A DNA stretch of 25,042 nucleotides, from IMG/VR virus record IMGVR_UViG_3300034062_002297, positions 1-25,042 of that record; one strand, given 5' to 3'. This document shows positions 24,864 to 25,042 of the stretch, in pieces (positions within the stretch are counted from its first letter, which is position 1; every line of letters begins with the position of its first letter). The position numbers were made by a program, and so were the translations under genes. A model generated the notes under the pieces. It was not told the DNA's origin and searched no databases. It was given only the letters and a program-made list of their open reading frames with translations. Source of the stretch: a virus. Its lineage: Duplodnaviria; Caudoviricetes.

Positions 24864-25042
24864 GGTCCAATTGGCGGTCCAATTGGCGGTCCAATTGGCG
24901 GTCCAATTGTCGGTCGGTCGGTCCTCGAGCGGTCCTCGAGCGGTCCAATTGTCGGTCGGTCGGTCCTCGAGCGGTCCTCGAGCGGTCCAATTGGCGGTCC
25001 AATTGTCGGTCGGTCCTCGAGCGGTCCTCGAGCGGTCCAATT
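24864..25042. repeat. modular tandem repeat array (GGTCCAATTG[G/T]C, GGTCCTCGAGC, GGTC), runs off the window edge
   Basis: Parsed by hand as A A A A' C C B B A' C C B B A A' C B B A(partial); non-coding. Confidence 0.95.

Noticed and set aside
24864-25042. CRISPR array or coding repeat ORFs (24808..25002, 24816..25040)
   Set aside because: Units are 4-12 bp with no unique spacers and no cas genes nearby; the ORFs are by-products of a stop-free repeat.
1-25042. Stop-codon reassignment, integrase/prophage boundary, host assignment
   Set aside because: Genes are full length and tightly coupled under the standard code; no integrase or host genes present; the host cannot be inferred reliably without searches.

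Overview
A 25-kb fragment of a tailed dsDNA bacteriophage, probably siphovirus-like. The + strand (1-3222) carries a DNA-modification/accessory cluster: a Mom-like GNAT adenine-modification enzyme, a C5 cytosine methyltransferase with a second subunit nested in another frame, small hypotheticals and a GP88-family protein. The - strand (24397 to 3294) is one tightly coupled late operon: CHAP endolysin, holin-like genes, metallophosphoesterase, terminase small and large subunits, portal, scaffold, major capsid, cement, head-tail connectors, tail tube, frameshifting tail chaperone, poly-Gly tape measure, tail-tip proteins and fibre. Main observation: the first ~30 codons of the mom-like gene also form a 76-nt tRNA-Gly-like cloverleaf (611-686). 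It keeps the bacterial GlyRS identity elements and CCA but has the GUGC T-loop and GG-less D-loop known from non-proteinogenic tRNA-Gly, so it may be a dedicated glycyl donor encoded inside the enzyme's own mRNA. Also notable: a 47-nt armless tRNA minihelix ending in CCA (2428-2474), and a modular repeat array at the right end built from GGTCC and CTCGAG, motifs I could not find elsewhere in the window by eye. All product calls come from motif recognition and gene order, not database searches.
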